Positions 12,175 to 25,783 of a stretch of 64,000 nucleotides of DNA are shown here, piece by piece. The notes below the pieces were generated by a model that searched no databases, was not told where the DNA came from, and worked only from the letters and a program-made list of their open reading frames with translations. Position 1 is the stretch's first letter, and every line of letters starts with the position of its first letter. The DNA lies in contig OZ024743.1 of NCBI GenBank assembly GCA_964016885.1, positions 292,764,001 to 292,828,000 on the forward strand, read 5' to 3'. The position numbers and the translations under genes are program-made. The stretch is from Eledone cirrhosa (taxonomy: Eukaryota).

Positions 12175-15125
12175 GAAACCGAAAGAACAAATCTCTGGGG
12201 ATGTTTGAAGGATACGTTTTAGAAGACTTACAAACATTTTTCGAAGAATATAAATTAATTAGGACGCTTCTTGATACAAAGGCATATTTTCTAATAATCT
12301 CCCTATTATAAAAGTGATTAGAATATACAATTGCCCGTTTATTTTGTAAATAGATGATTTATAGACGTTCGGAAAGTTTTCATTTCGGTTTGTATTTTTT
12401 TAATGTATATTGATAAATAAGTATTGTAAAGCTGTATCATCCAATGCAAGAGAGACATCTATATCACACACTGTTATCCTGTTGTCTGTTTTCAGCACAC
12501 CATGAGAATCTTACATTATATCTCCTCGAAACTAACCACCTACATAAGCGGAGTTATATAAAGGACTCGGTCATAAGTGGTTTTGTAATAAGGTGGGGGT
12601 TGGTGGGAAAAAATTGACCACGTAATTTTGTGAGTATGCATTTCGCATCTGTGTCTTCATATCAGATAATATTACGAATGTAAATTTCGTTTTTCAAAAT
12701 AATGAAATATTGAATATTAATTGAATATTAATTTTTGAAAATATAACTATTAACTTAAAATAATATTAAATCTAACAAATTTCTCATTTTTATAATTTCT
12801 CATTCTTATATATGTTATCAATAAAATTATTACTGTGATGTTGATCTTCCGTGGGTTACTATGTTGAGGATTCACTTGGTCGATCTACTGAACATCTAAT
12901 ACATAAATTAACACATAAACGGTTGAATATTCCAAAGACATGTGTAGCCTTAATGGAATTCCTTAATAGAATCGTAAAATAATATATGAGAAGGATGGGT
13001 GTCTAAAATAAAGACACAATTCATCCTCCTAGCTTTCCTTAAGTTTCCGTCTACCCCTTGCTTGGAGCCACATAAGACTATATTGAAGACATTTGCCCAA
13101 GCTTTCAGGCAGTTAGATGTAACGTAAGATCTCATTTTTCAGAAGTGTACTTTGTAACCACTGAAGCATGCCTGATAATGAAGAGTAGGTGGAGAAGTAT
13201 GTGGAAGGGTGGAATTTTCAAACAAAAACATACACTTCTCTTATATTTTCATCCTATGTTTTACATACTTAAATCTTTTCTATTCATTATGTTATATCTT
13301 TGTCCATATTAAATACATTTATTATATAATAAACGACAGTATAATAAATAACATTGTAAATAAGCGTTCATTATTTAATTCTGTGAAAATATTTTCTACG
13401 TTCTAAAAAAGATGAACAGTGGAAATTTGCTGTAACTTATATCTATAGATGACATAACTGTAAACAAGACTTGCTATACTGTTTGGTTGCATTTGTCACA
13501 CAAATATTCGGTGTTGGAATTGATAACAAAAATACAAAGAATGGGAAAAAAGCTGAGACAGTGAGACGGGAAAGACAAGTAGAAGATTGAGAAAAGTCAA
13601 AATCAACTTTCACTGATTTCCGAAAATGTTTATCAAGAATATGAAAAACAACACTTATGAATTATTACTGATGAAGGAAAATATGGATGAATACAAATGA
13701 TATGTAGACGCCAATACAATAAATAGAATTTAAAAAAAGGAAAAACCAATGCAATTGATATAGTAGTGTAAACAAATCCCGTGTGTTTATGAATATCGAA
13801 AAATAATTATATCAGCAACTGAGTTATGGATGAAAAAAGCACAAAATGAAAAGTTAGTGGCGAGCGAATAAATCAAAACAATGCTTGTCAGGCATTTGGA
13901 GTAACAACCTATAACATTAAAAATATGCAGATTGAATTCAGCAATTGGGATAACATGTCAAAGCCTTCCAACGTCTGATCATATATATTTAACAAAAGCA
14001 AGCCTAATACATAAACTAACGTAAACATATGAAAGTTGAATAGGACGCTGGCATGGAAGACGACATCGAGGCGCTGGCTTTTAAAAAAAGTCATTATGGC
14101 GTTTGTAACCGCACAAGACCCGATATCTTATGAATGTCAAATGTAAAAGAATAAAAAAAAAAATAAATAAATTAAGATCTTGTGACATTTACAGGTATAA
14201 CATGGACATATCTATAGTTTAATGAATCCCGCCTATCCGGCTTTGTTTCTTCATAACCTTGTAAAAAATACATGTTTTACCATTATTCTTCAGAGATACG
14301 TTTTCGAAGGTTTATATTACGATTATGGTTTTTTATACTTTTACTGATTTCCTTCATTAGCATTTACAAAAAAAAAAAAAACTTGCTTTTATTTAAATCG
14401 ACACAGACAGTTTAATTGGAAATGAAAGAAATAATGTAATACATTAATTATTGTATACTTTCATTACTTTCTGTGTTTATAGTAGGCTAAACTGAAACTC
14501 GGAAATGTTTTCATCATTCCTTTCAATGTCTTGTTGTTAAGAGATATCAATCAACGTAATGTCACAGCATTTTTTTACAGGAATGTAATGATATTTCTAC
14601 AACGATAAATTGCAGAGAAAAAAAAATTATCATATATATTTTTTAAAGTTCGTTAACATAATCGCGATCTCTTTAAAAACGCAATGCGGCAGAATGTATT
14701 AAGAAATATGAATTATTAAGAAAGTCAGGAAGAAAAAAGAACATTATTCATCCAGACAAGGTGATTACGTTATATCAACCAGATGCTATTGTCAAAGAAC
14801 CTTAATTCTAACATCTAAAAAAATGAAAATCTATCTAAATAAATACCAGGTCTTTAGTGACCGTTTTCATTTCTTTTCCAATGAGAAGAAACTGCTGAAA
14901 ATACAACGCTCTCAATTAATTAAATATAGCCACATCATGTTTCACTAAATATATATTCACTAAATATATATTCACGTTCAAATTCAGTTTTAAGTTACAT
15001 TTCGTATGTAACATTCGTCTAGCATCTATTTCTTAATATTAACATTCATGTTTAATTAGCATCCTCGGTAAGACAAAATTCATCAGCCATTTAGTAAATT
15101 AAATTTATCCAAAGTTGATGGGAGA

Positions 15126-15316
15126 AATAATTGTTTATACTTTTGGCACAAGGCCAGCAATTATCCAGTACATCACTGGTACTTTATTTTATCGACCCCG
15201 AAAGGATGAAAGGCTAAGATAACCACGGCGGGATTTGAACTCAGTCCGTAAAGGGACGTAACTATGCTGGAAAGCATGGCGTCCGACTCTCTACCGATAC
15301 TGCCAATCCACCGCCC
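15126..15316 (-). mobile_element. tRNA-derived SINE (Octopus-type family 1)
   Basis: Head with A-box-like TGGCAGTATCGG and B-box GAGTTCAAATCC; body TTTCATCCTTTCGGGGTCGATAAAATAAAGTACCAG; more than 10 copies in the window. Confidence 0.85.
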
Positions 15317-17149
15317 TAAATGATGGAGAAATAATGATCGTTGGAGACAGATGAAAACAGATATAAATGTGGTCTTATCTAGAAATAGAAATAACGAGAG
15401 TGTGGGGTTTGGAAACAAATATAATCGCTATAAGTACAAGGGTGTGGGAAAGGATTTAAAAAACGACATATACACATACACACCAAAAGGCCTAAGACTT
15501 ACATATTATCTAGAGACAATACAAATACAAATTAATGCAGATGCCCTAATGAAAGATAACTTATGTTCACTTATGAAAAGTAAAATGAGTCCTACGAGTG
15601 AAATTACATTATAGTTATGATGATTCACATGGAACCTTATAGATATAACACAGAGAAGTATACAGTCCAGGTGTAAACGAAAGGCAACATGTAATCTAAT
15701 AATCTAATAAGAAAGTTAAGGAAAAAAAAAACTGTTGAACTTGACATCGATAAAGGAAATTTGCTTGCATCAGATCACGTTGCCTCATCAGTTCTAACAT
15801 ATTCTTAAATCTACTAGATTCTATCTATATCTATTCTGTCCGAATGTTCTCTTAACATAACATCTGATCCAAGCTCTATTTAAGAACTGTCTACTCTACA
15901 TTGGTGATTTTATGCTTGGATTATCTGAATACTCAATAGTCAAATATTCTTTCGTTCCAAATATTCGCGGCATTAATTCACAATTTAATACAAGATGCTG
16001 GGAAGCTGAATGTGCTTGTTATGACGGAATACATCCAAGAATGGAAATACAACCACGAAAAATAAATGCAATTAACTATTGATAGGAACCTCACAAATAT
16101 AAACGCACCAAAATATACGAGAAGAGCGAGAGAAAGAAAAAAATAAAAATAAACAATAACAAAACCGGCCACAATTCACCGCCAAATAATTATTTGAATC
16201 GGATTAGAAAAAGAGAAGAGAAAAAAAAAGAGAATATTTATATACCGTTGTGTTGCGAAATGAGGCAAATTATAATGTATGGGGCAAGTCGTTCTGAAAA
16301 GAAGTAAGTTGTGTAAAATTTTTTAGAATTTCACCAAATTTCAAAATACCGAGAGCTGCATCTTCGGTCAAAGAAGAACTTACAGAAGTTGATTCAGCAG
16401 CCACCTTGACAGCCGAAATAGGTAGCAGCAACAATTTTCTCTACCACTAACAAGAGGAAGGCAACGACAGCAAGAGTGACAATAACAACAACACCAGCAG
16501 CAACAACATATATCACCACACTATCATACTAATAAGAAATCATCAGTATACGGATCCTATGCTTAATCTCTATAACAATTGTGTTTATTTCATGCGAGGG
16601 AGTGAGGGCTTCCATGCGGTTGCTTGACCTGCTGGAGGCGGCGGTCAAATATCTTTCAGGTCACACCACCGCATCCTGTATTGAAGAAGGACACTTTTAC
16701 CCACAGCTTCGGGCCCCAGTTTGGTGCCAATCCTGTACTAAACGGAGGTGGGTTCCGGAGAGAAATATGTTCCAGGATTGAATGTACGAACTTTCGATTT
16801 GACGTTGTGTTTGTTATCACGCTTAACAAGTGTCTCGTGCACGCATCACATACTTGTTCCTTTTTCCTCCGCAGTCTCTGACACTTCTCGAAATTCTCCA
16901 GTTTCGACTTACTCTCTTCGGTGCTTTAGCATCCTTCTATTCCAACTTAGCACTTTTGTCAAATTTGCCGTTTTGAATGCTTGCACGCACACACACGGCA
17001 TCCATCTCGGCACTTCTTCGTTTCGGTGTATCTCGGGACCTCAGGGCTCCTTCTTCAATATTCTACTTCTCTCTCCTTCGTCTTTGTGACCCACTGCTCT
17101 AAAAAAGAATTTTTTTAATTCTTTTTTCTCCCCTTTTTTTCTCTCCTTC

Positions 17150-18745
17150 AATGTTATCGAACTTGCTGCTTAGGGCACCCGGACACACACGAAACTCGTC
17201 TCAACACCATGCGTGCACTCACCCCCAGGCACACTTTAGCTCGCACCCGACCTCCTATTCCGGAACGTAACGCCTGCCTCTCCTCAACCTTCCAATCCAC
17301 GGGAGGTTGACCGGTGCCACTCGTGCACTACGAGTAACAGGCGCAAGAGAGGAAGGATCTGCTCCAACTGCAACAGCTACTTCCACCTCTCTTGCATCAA
17401 TCTCAAAATACGCACGTCAGATTCCTTGCACTGGTGAAACTGCCCATCATGCCTATTCACCCGACCCAATGGGCAGAATTGGATGCCACCATTCCTCACT
17501 TTGCGGAACTTATCTGCAATATCAGTTTCGACATCGCACGCTGGCAACAGGTGACACTCCCAGCGAGGTTCGCTGGCCTCGGTTTCCGATCATCTTCGGA
17601 TCTAGCTTTACCTGCCTACTTCTCGATCTCTTCCGGTCGAGCTCTCATCAGCGAGATTCTCAGCAAGACAGCCGAAACTGACCTGACCCCTGAGTTGGAG
17701 CAGTCTCTGGCCTACTGGCTTCTCTATCTCCCAGTATACCACAATCCGACGTAACTGGGACGACATCAATTGCAGGTCCTCTGTCAGGTGGATCGAATCT
17801 GGCTTGGACCAACACCGCCTCGCATGCCTCCACTCCGCTTCTCAGCCCAACAGCGGCTCATTCCGGTGCCCTCCTCATCAACCGGTACACTTCTTTATGA
17901 TGAGTGCACTCGCATCGGAGTAGCCCAAAGCCTTGGCATCCGCGTGTGTGAGCCACATAAATGCTGCTGCGGGCGGTTGTTGACAAGTTCGGCCTGCACC
18001 CTTTGTCTTGCCGCCAGAGCGCAAGCCGGTTCCCCCGACACGCCTCTCTCAACGACATATTGAGAAGCCTGGACGCAGCTGGCTTTCCTTCTCAACTGGA
18101 GCCAATCAGCCTAGACCGCAGAGATGGCAAGCGCCCCGACGGAATCATCCTCTTCCCATTTGAAGGAGGTAGATTCCTCATCTGGGACGCCACCTACTGC
18201 GACACCGTCTCCGCCACAAACCACGGCATCGCAACCTGCCTCTCAGAAGAACGTAACATAAACAAATACCGGGGTTTGTCCGGTCGCTTCCTCTTCGCAC
18301 CGGTCGCTGTCGAGATCTCAAGCGTACTTGGACCCCGTACTGCCAAACTCCTCCGCAAGATCAGAGCGTCAGCGAACCGCCTGAAAAGGGAGCCCCACGA
18401 GGTGGGGTGGCTGTTGCAGCAGGTGACACTGGCCATCGGCCGGGGGAATGCTCTTGCCGTCTTGTCAGCGTGGCGCAGCACTTCTGCCCTCTTGCCCTAG
18501 GCTCAAAGCCCAATCCCCCTCCCCCTTCACCCTTCCCTTCTCTTCTGCGACACCAGAGCTCTTGCCATACCCTCCTCTTCTTGTTCTTTTTCGTCTTTAT
18601 TTCTATCTTTTTTTTTTCTATATTTCCCTATTCTTTCTTTCCTTTTGTTTCCTCCCTTTTTTTACTATTTCTTAAAATTGTAGATTTTTTCCATTGCAAA
18701 TTAAAACCTCGGTCTGACAAATATAAGCAATAAATATAAATGAAA
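17150..18745 (+). mobile_element. CRE-like non-LTR retrotransposon 3' fragment with restriction-like endonuclease
   Basis: GC-rich; C..GLHPLSC..RHASLNDIL zinc knuckle, KRPDG..IWDAT, PVAVE..LG, LAIGRGNA; frameshifted; A-rich tail. Confidence 0.85.
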
Positions 18746-19506
18746 TGAAAAAGGATTTGTTTGTTTTTAATTATAGTTAGCGTGGAAAATAGGAAATTGC
18801 ATGTTATGTTCCTTTACTTCGAGCAACGGTTCATGTTCTGTCGTCCACAGAACAATTGGGGTCCTGAAAGGTAGTACTGAAGTTGAGTTAAATTCAAAAT
18901 TTGCAGAGTAAAATATATGAGCCTTAACTATAAGGCTAATAAAGGTAAATTGCAAACCTTCAAACTTGTCTCTAAATCTAAGGGGATAGATGACAGTGGG
19001 ATTTCGGCTCCTCCACGTTCGGGCCATATCCTTGTGGTTGTGTTCATTATCTATAGAGTTTCCGTAAATTTAAGATGTGTGCTTTGAGGGAGATTTAACT
19101 TCTATTTCAAGTTATCAACATATAGTATCTCTTTGTGTTATTCCTTGTCTAAATACTTCTCAATTAATAAAGTTTAAGTCATATATACATATCTATTTAT
19201 ATGCTCTATAGAAACTAATCCACTGAACCTGAAATATCGAACACATTATCAGCAAAACGAAACTAATCGTCTCATTAAAAAAGTTTTTTTTCTTTTTGTT
19301 TAATTAGTCCACTTATTATATATATATCGAATATTTAGTTACATAAGTCTTTCAAACTAAGAAAGCCTAGGATCCGTGGGAAAATGGAGTAAATTTGAAC
19401 CGACTAAGAATCGAAACCATACTGAAACTTGTCCATTCTCCCTATACTTTCTACCACTACGTATTCCTCTCTTTCTCTTTCTCTTTCCTTTTCTCTCTCA
19501 CCCCCC

Positions 19507-19550
<44 letters not shown>

Positions 19551-19648
19551 ACTCTCTCTCTCTCTCACTCTCTCTCTCTTTATATATGGGTGTGTATTTG
19601 TGTGTGTTTGTGTGAGTATGTATATATATATGTATATATGAGGTTGTG

Positions 19649-19716
<68 letters not shown>

Positions 19717-19719
<3 letters not shown>

Positions 19720-19912
19720 CGAAGGAAATGTGGTAAGGAACCAGATGGACCATAACGCACCAAAGTACTCACTCAATACATCAGGGTAGTAGAGTGGGTA
19801 ATAGGAACGAGTAGGACCCCGACGGCTGAGCTCAAGCCGTTTCGACGGCTTCAGTTCAGAATTAGCCGTCGAAACGGCTTGAGCTCAGCCGTCGGGGTCC
19901 TACTCGTTCCTA
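19717..19912. mobile_element. Family E fold-back containing only the 3' half of the HHR on both strands
   Basis: Perfect arms 19802-19850 and 19864-19912 (AGCCGTC-GAAA-CGGCTTGAGCTCAGCCG-TC-GGGGT); (TA)n flanks. Confidence 0.8.
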
Positions 19913-20079
19913 AATATATATATATATTATTATATTTTGCCTTTCATCCTTACGGAGTCGATAAAATAAAGTACCAGTAATGCACTGGGTATTTGCTGGC
20001 CTTGTACCTAAAGTAGAAACAATTATATATATATATATATATGTGTGTATGTGTGTGTATCTGTCTATCTGTCTGTCTG

Positions 20080-20152
<73 letters not shown>

Positions 20153-20654
20153 TTTTTTTCAATACAGTTACCAAGGGAACAACATTTCAAAACGGTAATT
20201 TTTCTTTGAAATCAAAAACATTTAAGGAAGATCAATTCCATTCGGAATTACCATTTCCAAAGATGAAGTTAGAAGTGTTAAAAATAAACGTACACCTGTT
20301 AAAGTAATAACAAATGGAAAACTAAATTTTGTTTCTCACTTCTGCTATTTTTTATCCTTTTAATTCTTCAATCTCTTATTCTTGTTTCATTTATTCGATT
20401 GCACAATTATTCTTTGATTCCTGCTGCATATAATATATCCAGATGACATAAAGGAAAAGTTCCCTTTGTTATATTTCAAATAATTTAGTTGATTGAATAT
20501 TTTTTACTTCTACGTATTTTCTTTTTAATTTTTGTCTACCCTGTTATCTCAGAAACTGTTATTGAAAACTAAACAATATTCTCAGTAATATATATAGATA
20601 GATAGATAGATATGTATATATATATATATATATATGAATATATATATATATAAA

Positions 20655-20844
20655 ATAATTGTTTCTACTTTAGGCACAAGGCCAGCAATTACCCAGTGCA
20701 TTACTGGTACTTTATTTTATCGACCCCGTAAGGATGAAAGGCAAAGTCAACCTCGGCGGGATTTGAACTCAGATCGTAAAGGGACGTAACTATGCTGGAA
20801 AGCATGGGGTCCGACCCTCTACCGATACTGCCAATCCACCGCCC
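20655..20844 (-). mobile_element. tRNA-derived SINE family 1
   Basis: Near-identical to 15126-15316. Confidence 0.85.
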
Positions 20845-20929
20845 TATATATATATATACAATAATTAGAGGTACGCACATATATGGGCATACATACATAC
20901 ACATGTATATATACACATATATTTCTTCA

Positions 20930-21502
20930 CAAGTATGTGAGTGTGTGTTGTCGACCTTAATCAGTGTTGCTCTATGATTACGAGAGACAAAACAATCGAA
21001 ATAATTATATTGACTCGATATCAGAGCTATGTAACAAATTATAAAGTAAGAAGAAATAATAGACACAGATATATTCCTATGTTTTCCTCAATGTCCCGAC
21101 TGTACAGTTTCGTTGGTCAGTATACAACAATTTCATATTATAGAGGTGTAATGTTGTTGTGAGGCAAACCAGCTTCTCAAGGGTACTCCTCATGGAAAGA
21201 GCGCTTTCCAGACACGTTCGTAGCAAGCGAGAAAATCTCAAAAAGGCGGAGGGAGAGAATATCACGTGATACAACGGTCAACAAAGGGGACTAAATCCCT
21301 AGAAATTAATACATGATACCGAGGTTACAGTGGGGTGGTAAGTTTGAATGTGAGTGGTTATAGTGTTTCGCTTAAAAGCAGTTACTATTCTTCCGTGGTT
21401 ACTCGACTCTGTGGTGCATGCTGACCAGCGAAACTGTACAGTCGGGACATTGAGGAAAAATAGGTATATATCTGTGTCTATTACTTCTTACTTTATAATT
21501 TG

Positions 21503-21507
<5 letters not shown>
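20930..21507. mobile_element. Fold-back HHR element (family H)
   Basis: Arms ~21030-21121 and ~21421-21505; complete HHR on the minus strand and its 3' half on the plus strand. Confidence 0.8.
21093..21185 (-). ncRNA. Hammerhead with U3:A8 variant core (TTGAGAA)
   Basis: ACCC-TTGAGAA-GCTGGT..ACCAAC-GAAA-CTGTACAG-TC-GGGAC. Confidence 0.75.
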
Positions 21508-21540
<33 letters not shown>

Positions 21541-21644
21541 TATATAAATACATACATATATATATATATCCAGGAGATTCCAGCCAGAATGGTTGCATTT
21601 TTTCAGGGTATGTCAATATTTATTCAGAAAAATAACCTATATTA

Positions 21645-21710
21645 TATTTTAGCTGATGAAAGCGCACCATAATTTGCATTGGTGGCCCTTGATATATGTA
21701 TAATGAAATA
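21645..21710 (+). ncRNA. Family A hammerhead, decayed (GATA in place of GAAA)
   Basis: CTGATGA at 21653; flanks homologous to 841-903. Confidence 0.65.
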
Positions 21711-21752
21711 AATATGGTTTTATAAATATAGTTTCCATTTGTTAATATATTG

Positions 21753-21784
<32 letters not shown>

Positions 21785-21791
<7 letters not shown>

Positions 21792-22315
21792 AACAACTGG
21801 AGGCTGGACTGGTGTAAATCCTTGAAAGGTTTATTATACTATGATCATTTTAATGACCGGGTTCAGTATGAATCCGGTGACATCATCAGGTAATTCAAAA
21901 TATAACGAAGGAATATAACAGATAAAATCCATGGTGCTGAAAATCAGAGACAGGTGGGCGACCGGCAGTTTAGCAACTTCTATCTCTGTCGGCCGTCCTC
22001 AAGAGATAAAAGAGAAGGAATATATTTTATCTGTTATATTCCTTCTTTATATTTTGAATTACCTGATGATGTCACCGGATTCATACTGAACCCGGTCATT
22101 GAAATGATCATAGTATACTAAACCTTTCAAGGATTTACACCAGTCCAGTCTCCAGTTGTGTTATAATAATTAACTCCATACACGCACCACCAACTACACA
22201 AACGAAGACGGGTGAGTTGCATTACGGTGAGTGCTCTTCATAATATTACATCGAGCTTGACCACACCGAATGACCAGTTCTATCCAGTGGTGAACCAACA
22301 AATCTAAATAAATCT
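21785..22315. mobile_element. Fold-back HHR element (family I)
   Basis: Arms 21785-21928 and 22024-22167; plus HHR 22060-22115 TAC-CTGATGA-TGTCACCGG..CCGGTCATT-GAAA-TGATCA-TA-GTA; the minus copy has one core mutation; (TA)n flanks. Confidence 0.85.
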
Positions 22316-22384
<69 letters not shown>

Positions 22385-22448
22385 CTCTATATACTCTATA
22401 TATGCATATATTATATATAGATATAGATATATTACTGCAGCAAAGAGT

Positions 22449-22583
22449 TACGGCCCTTTATGGTCTGGGTTCAGATCCCGCTGAGGTTCACTTTGCCTTT
22501 CATCCTTACGGGGTCGATAAAATAAAGTACAAGTAATACACTGGGTAATTGCCGGCCTTGGGCCAAAAGTAGAAACAATTATT
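22449..22583 (+). mobile_element. SINE family 1, partial
   Basis: Body matches the other copies. Confidence 0.75.
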
Positions 22584-22621
22584 ATAGTACATATATATGA
22601 TATATATGTATATATATATAT

Positions 22622-22678
<57 letters not shown>

Positions 22679-22749
22679 TTGTGTCTGTGTGTTTTTGTGT
22701 TTGTATCTATACATTATATATATATATATTTATATATATATATATATAT

Positions 22750-23058
22750 ATAATAGGTGCTGGATGCTTAAAGCGTCCGTATGCGGTAGGCCGTATGAGT
22801 ACTCAATGCCCTCGTAGAGCAGAGTATGATATCACAGAAAAAAGAGAATCAGTGATGCGAGGAAAGGAATTTACTGGACATATTACAAATGTTTCTCGGG
22901 CGACCAGCTCGAGGCACGATTGATATGGTGATCACACCTGACTCTGAAATCAACATGGTCGTCAGATACGTCTTGATTCTACGAAGCAGATTTTCCGAGA
23001 AACATTTGTAATGTGTCCAATAAATTCCTTTCGTCGCAACACTGATTCTCTTTTTTCT

Positions 23059-23063
<5 letters not shown>
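22750..23063. mobile_element. Family D fold-back HHR element
   Basis: Minus HHR 22877-22972 GACGTAT-CTGACGA-..-GAAA-CATTTG-TA-ATATGTC; arms ~22826-22899 and ~22996-23063. Confidence 0.8.
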
Positions 23064-23308
<245 letters not shown>

Positions 23309-23574
23309 TGAATTTGCATATATTAAGAAAATCTACGACATTTAATATTCTGGCGATACGATAGACGAGTAAATCAGGTAGATTATCATTACATGATGCT
23401 TATCGCATCATCAGACATTCGACAGGTGTGCAGGCTACTGCAAAGGAAATGTTCCCCACTTGTACGAATAATGGTAGCTTTTCTTAATAAAACCATATAA
23501 ATTGCAAACTTTCAACGTTGTTCAAATTTCTTTTAAATATGTATATATATCTATATCTATGTGTGTGTATATAT

Positions 23575-23725
23575 AGATTTTGAGTTTATGTTGGTTGTAT
23601 ACCAACACCTCAGTATGCAGGCTGGAGCACTCGACGAAGTGCGCAGGTTGGTTTGGTTACTCTGGAGTAGTGTAAAATAAAGTTAAATAAAAGTCAAATG
23701 ATTAAAATTTAGCTTCGTTTATTAC
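23575..23725. repeat. Dispersed ~150-bp repeat, second copy at ~27812-27937
   Basis: Shared TTTTGAGT.TATGTTGGTTGT.TACC.ACACCTCAGTATGCAG..GCTTCGTTTATTA. Confidence 0.75.
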
Positions 23726-23749
23726 TGCTATATATATTTCAGTGACAGC

Positions 23750-24350
23750 CATCTTTGGCTGTGACCTCTTCGGGCAGTTTGAATTAGTATGGTATAGACA
23801 AGTACATATGTTGTTGAGGTGTATAATATTGTCAATACTCTGATATGCCCAGTTCCTTGTTGGTGGTTTTACTAAGCAGAGTGTAATATGAAGAATAAGT
23901 GTGGAGCACACACTCAGCAGACCCAGAAACATTACAAAATGCAGGAGCAGTAAGCATTGAAGGTCCCATCCACAAACATAGGCCACGTTGTTAGAGTTGA
24001 CGACATCAATATCCAAAAGCACGTCCTTTATGTTGAGTTAATATCCAGTGCAGCAATACAACACAAATCTAAAACTACGTTTCAACGATTGCGTGAAGTA
24101 TTCCTTAACACAGTTCAATACTGATACATCCCGCTATGATGTCATTGCATTAGATAGAAAGAAGTGACACATCGTTATATCTAATGGTGTAAGACCTTTT
24201 CAATAATCTGGTTTGGAATAGGCTAACATTAAGCATGCAGCTAAGAAAGGCCAATACGTGGAGACCTCTGTACTTCAGTTTATATGCAATGTATGTAACC
24301 GATTAAGCCAATTCGACAATATGTTACATGTAGCAGAGAAGTTTCGAATT
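23750..24350 (+). mobile_element. Old RTE-clade LINE 3' remnant
   Basis: Decayed IGHVVRVDD..VLYVEL, LRFNDCVKYSL, IALDRKK and FICNVCNR. Confidence 0.65.
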
Positions 24351-24931
24351 AGCCAGGATTTACAAGGCATTCAAAAATTCATAATCATTGTCTGGTTGAG
24401 GCTAAGGGGATAAATGATAGTGAATTCCAATGCATATTATGCAACAAAATAGGCGTCCCCAGCAGGTTTTAAAAGCCACTGCGGTGCTCACAACCTCCGA
24501 TAGAGATACATTATTTGTCAGTGATGGTCTTACACACCTAATGATGTGATGACCATTATATATGTGTGTATATACTTTAGGTCAGTCAATATTTGTATTG
24601 TAGAAGTCTTGCTACACGTTTCCTTTTCATCATACCATTTCTCATATTTTTCTTTCTTTTTTTCCATTTTTCACATATTCTCCGTTTACTATTCGAAATA
24701 AAGACTTCATCAGAATCATCAAGTACAACTGTGTTTACCTTCTTCTTGAGCGTCAAACAAAAACTTTTTTTCTTTCATTATATATCATTGTTGGAAGATG
24801 ACGAGTGTTTTGGTTGTTTGATAATTGGAACTGCCTGCTCATAAATTTACCGTTCATTCTACAGACACGAGTTCGATAAGCGCAATTGTTAGCGAAATTC
24901 ATCCTGAGTTTACAGCTTATTATATTTTTTA

Positions 24932-25074
24932 TCCAGCATAGTTACGTCCCTTTACGATCTTAGTTCAAATCCCGCCGAGGTTGATTTGCCTTTCATCCTT
25001 ACGGGGTCGATAAATTAAAGTACCAGTAATGCACTGGGTAATTGCTGGCCTTGTGCCTAAAGTAGAAACAATTA
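24932..25074 (+). mobile_element. SINE family 1, partial
   Basis: Body matches the other copies. Confidence 0.8.
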
Positions 25075-25267
25075 TATTGTTTATCTAAGTGAACTGAAAT
25101 TGAACTCATCACCTTACGATAATGACTCAAATACTCGAACTATTTGGCTACGCCTCTTCACATTCAATACATACACACATATGTATATCACAGACATACA
25201 TATGTATATCCTGTTACTTTCCGAAGAATAATATGCAGATGAACTAAGATACAAATACATATATACA

Positions 25268-25324
<57 letters not shown>

Positions 25325-25352
25325 TGGGGGATGCGTGTGTGTGTGTGTGTGT

Positions 25353-25402
<50 letters not shown>

Positions 25403-25595
25403 TGTGTGTGTGTGTGTGTGTGTCTGTGTGTGTGTGTGTGTGTTTGCTTGTATGTGTGTGCATCCTGATTTATCTGCATATTAATCTTCGGAAAGTAACA
25501 AGATATTGAAGGAAGAATTCAACTGGAAACATATTTACCTAAAGCTATGATCTGGTATCTGTGGGAGAAGCCAGATGCAAAATGTATGGTATTAT

Positions 25596-25783
25596 GGTCG
25601 GTGAATTGGCAGTATCGGTAGAGGGTTGGACGCCATGCTTTCTAGCATAGTTACGTCCCTTTACAGTCTGAGTTCAAATCCCGCCGAGGTTAACTTTGCC
25701 TTTCATCCTTACGGGGTCGATAAAATAAAGTACCAGTAATGCACTGGGTCATTTCTGGCCTTTTGCCTAAAGTAGAAACAATT
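25596..25783 (+). mobile_element. SINE family 1; diverged relatives at ~26134-26495
   Basis: GGTGAATTGGCAGTATCGG..GAGTTCAAATCCCGCCGAGG.. Confidence 0.85.

Noticed and set aside
12900-14100. Higher-complexity segment as a possible gene or transposase
   Set aside because: No long ORF or recognisable motif; CTGATGA at 13668 has no stem II
16327-16421. Possible host exon (ISPNFKIPRAASSVKEELTEVDSAATLTAEI) with AG/GT borders
   Set aside because: Short, weak donor site, no recognisable homology or partner exons
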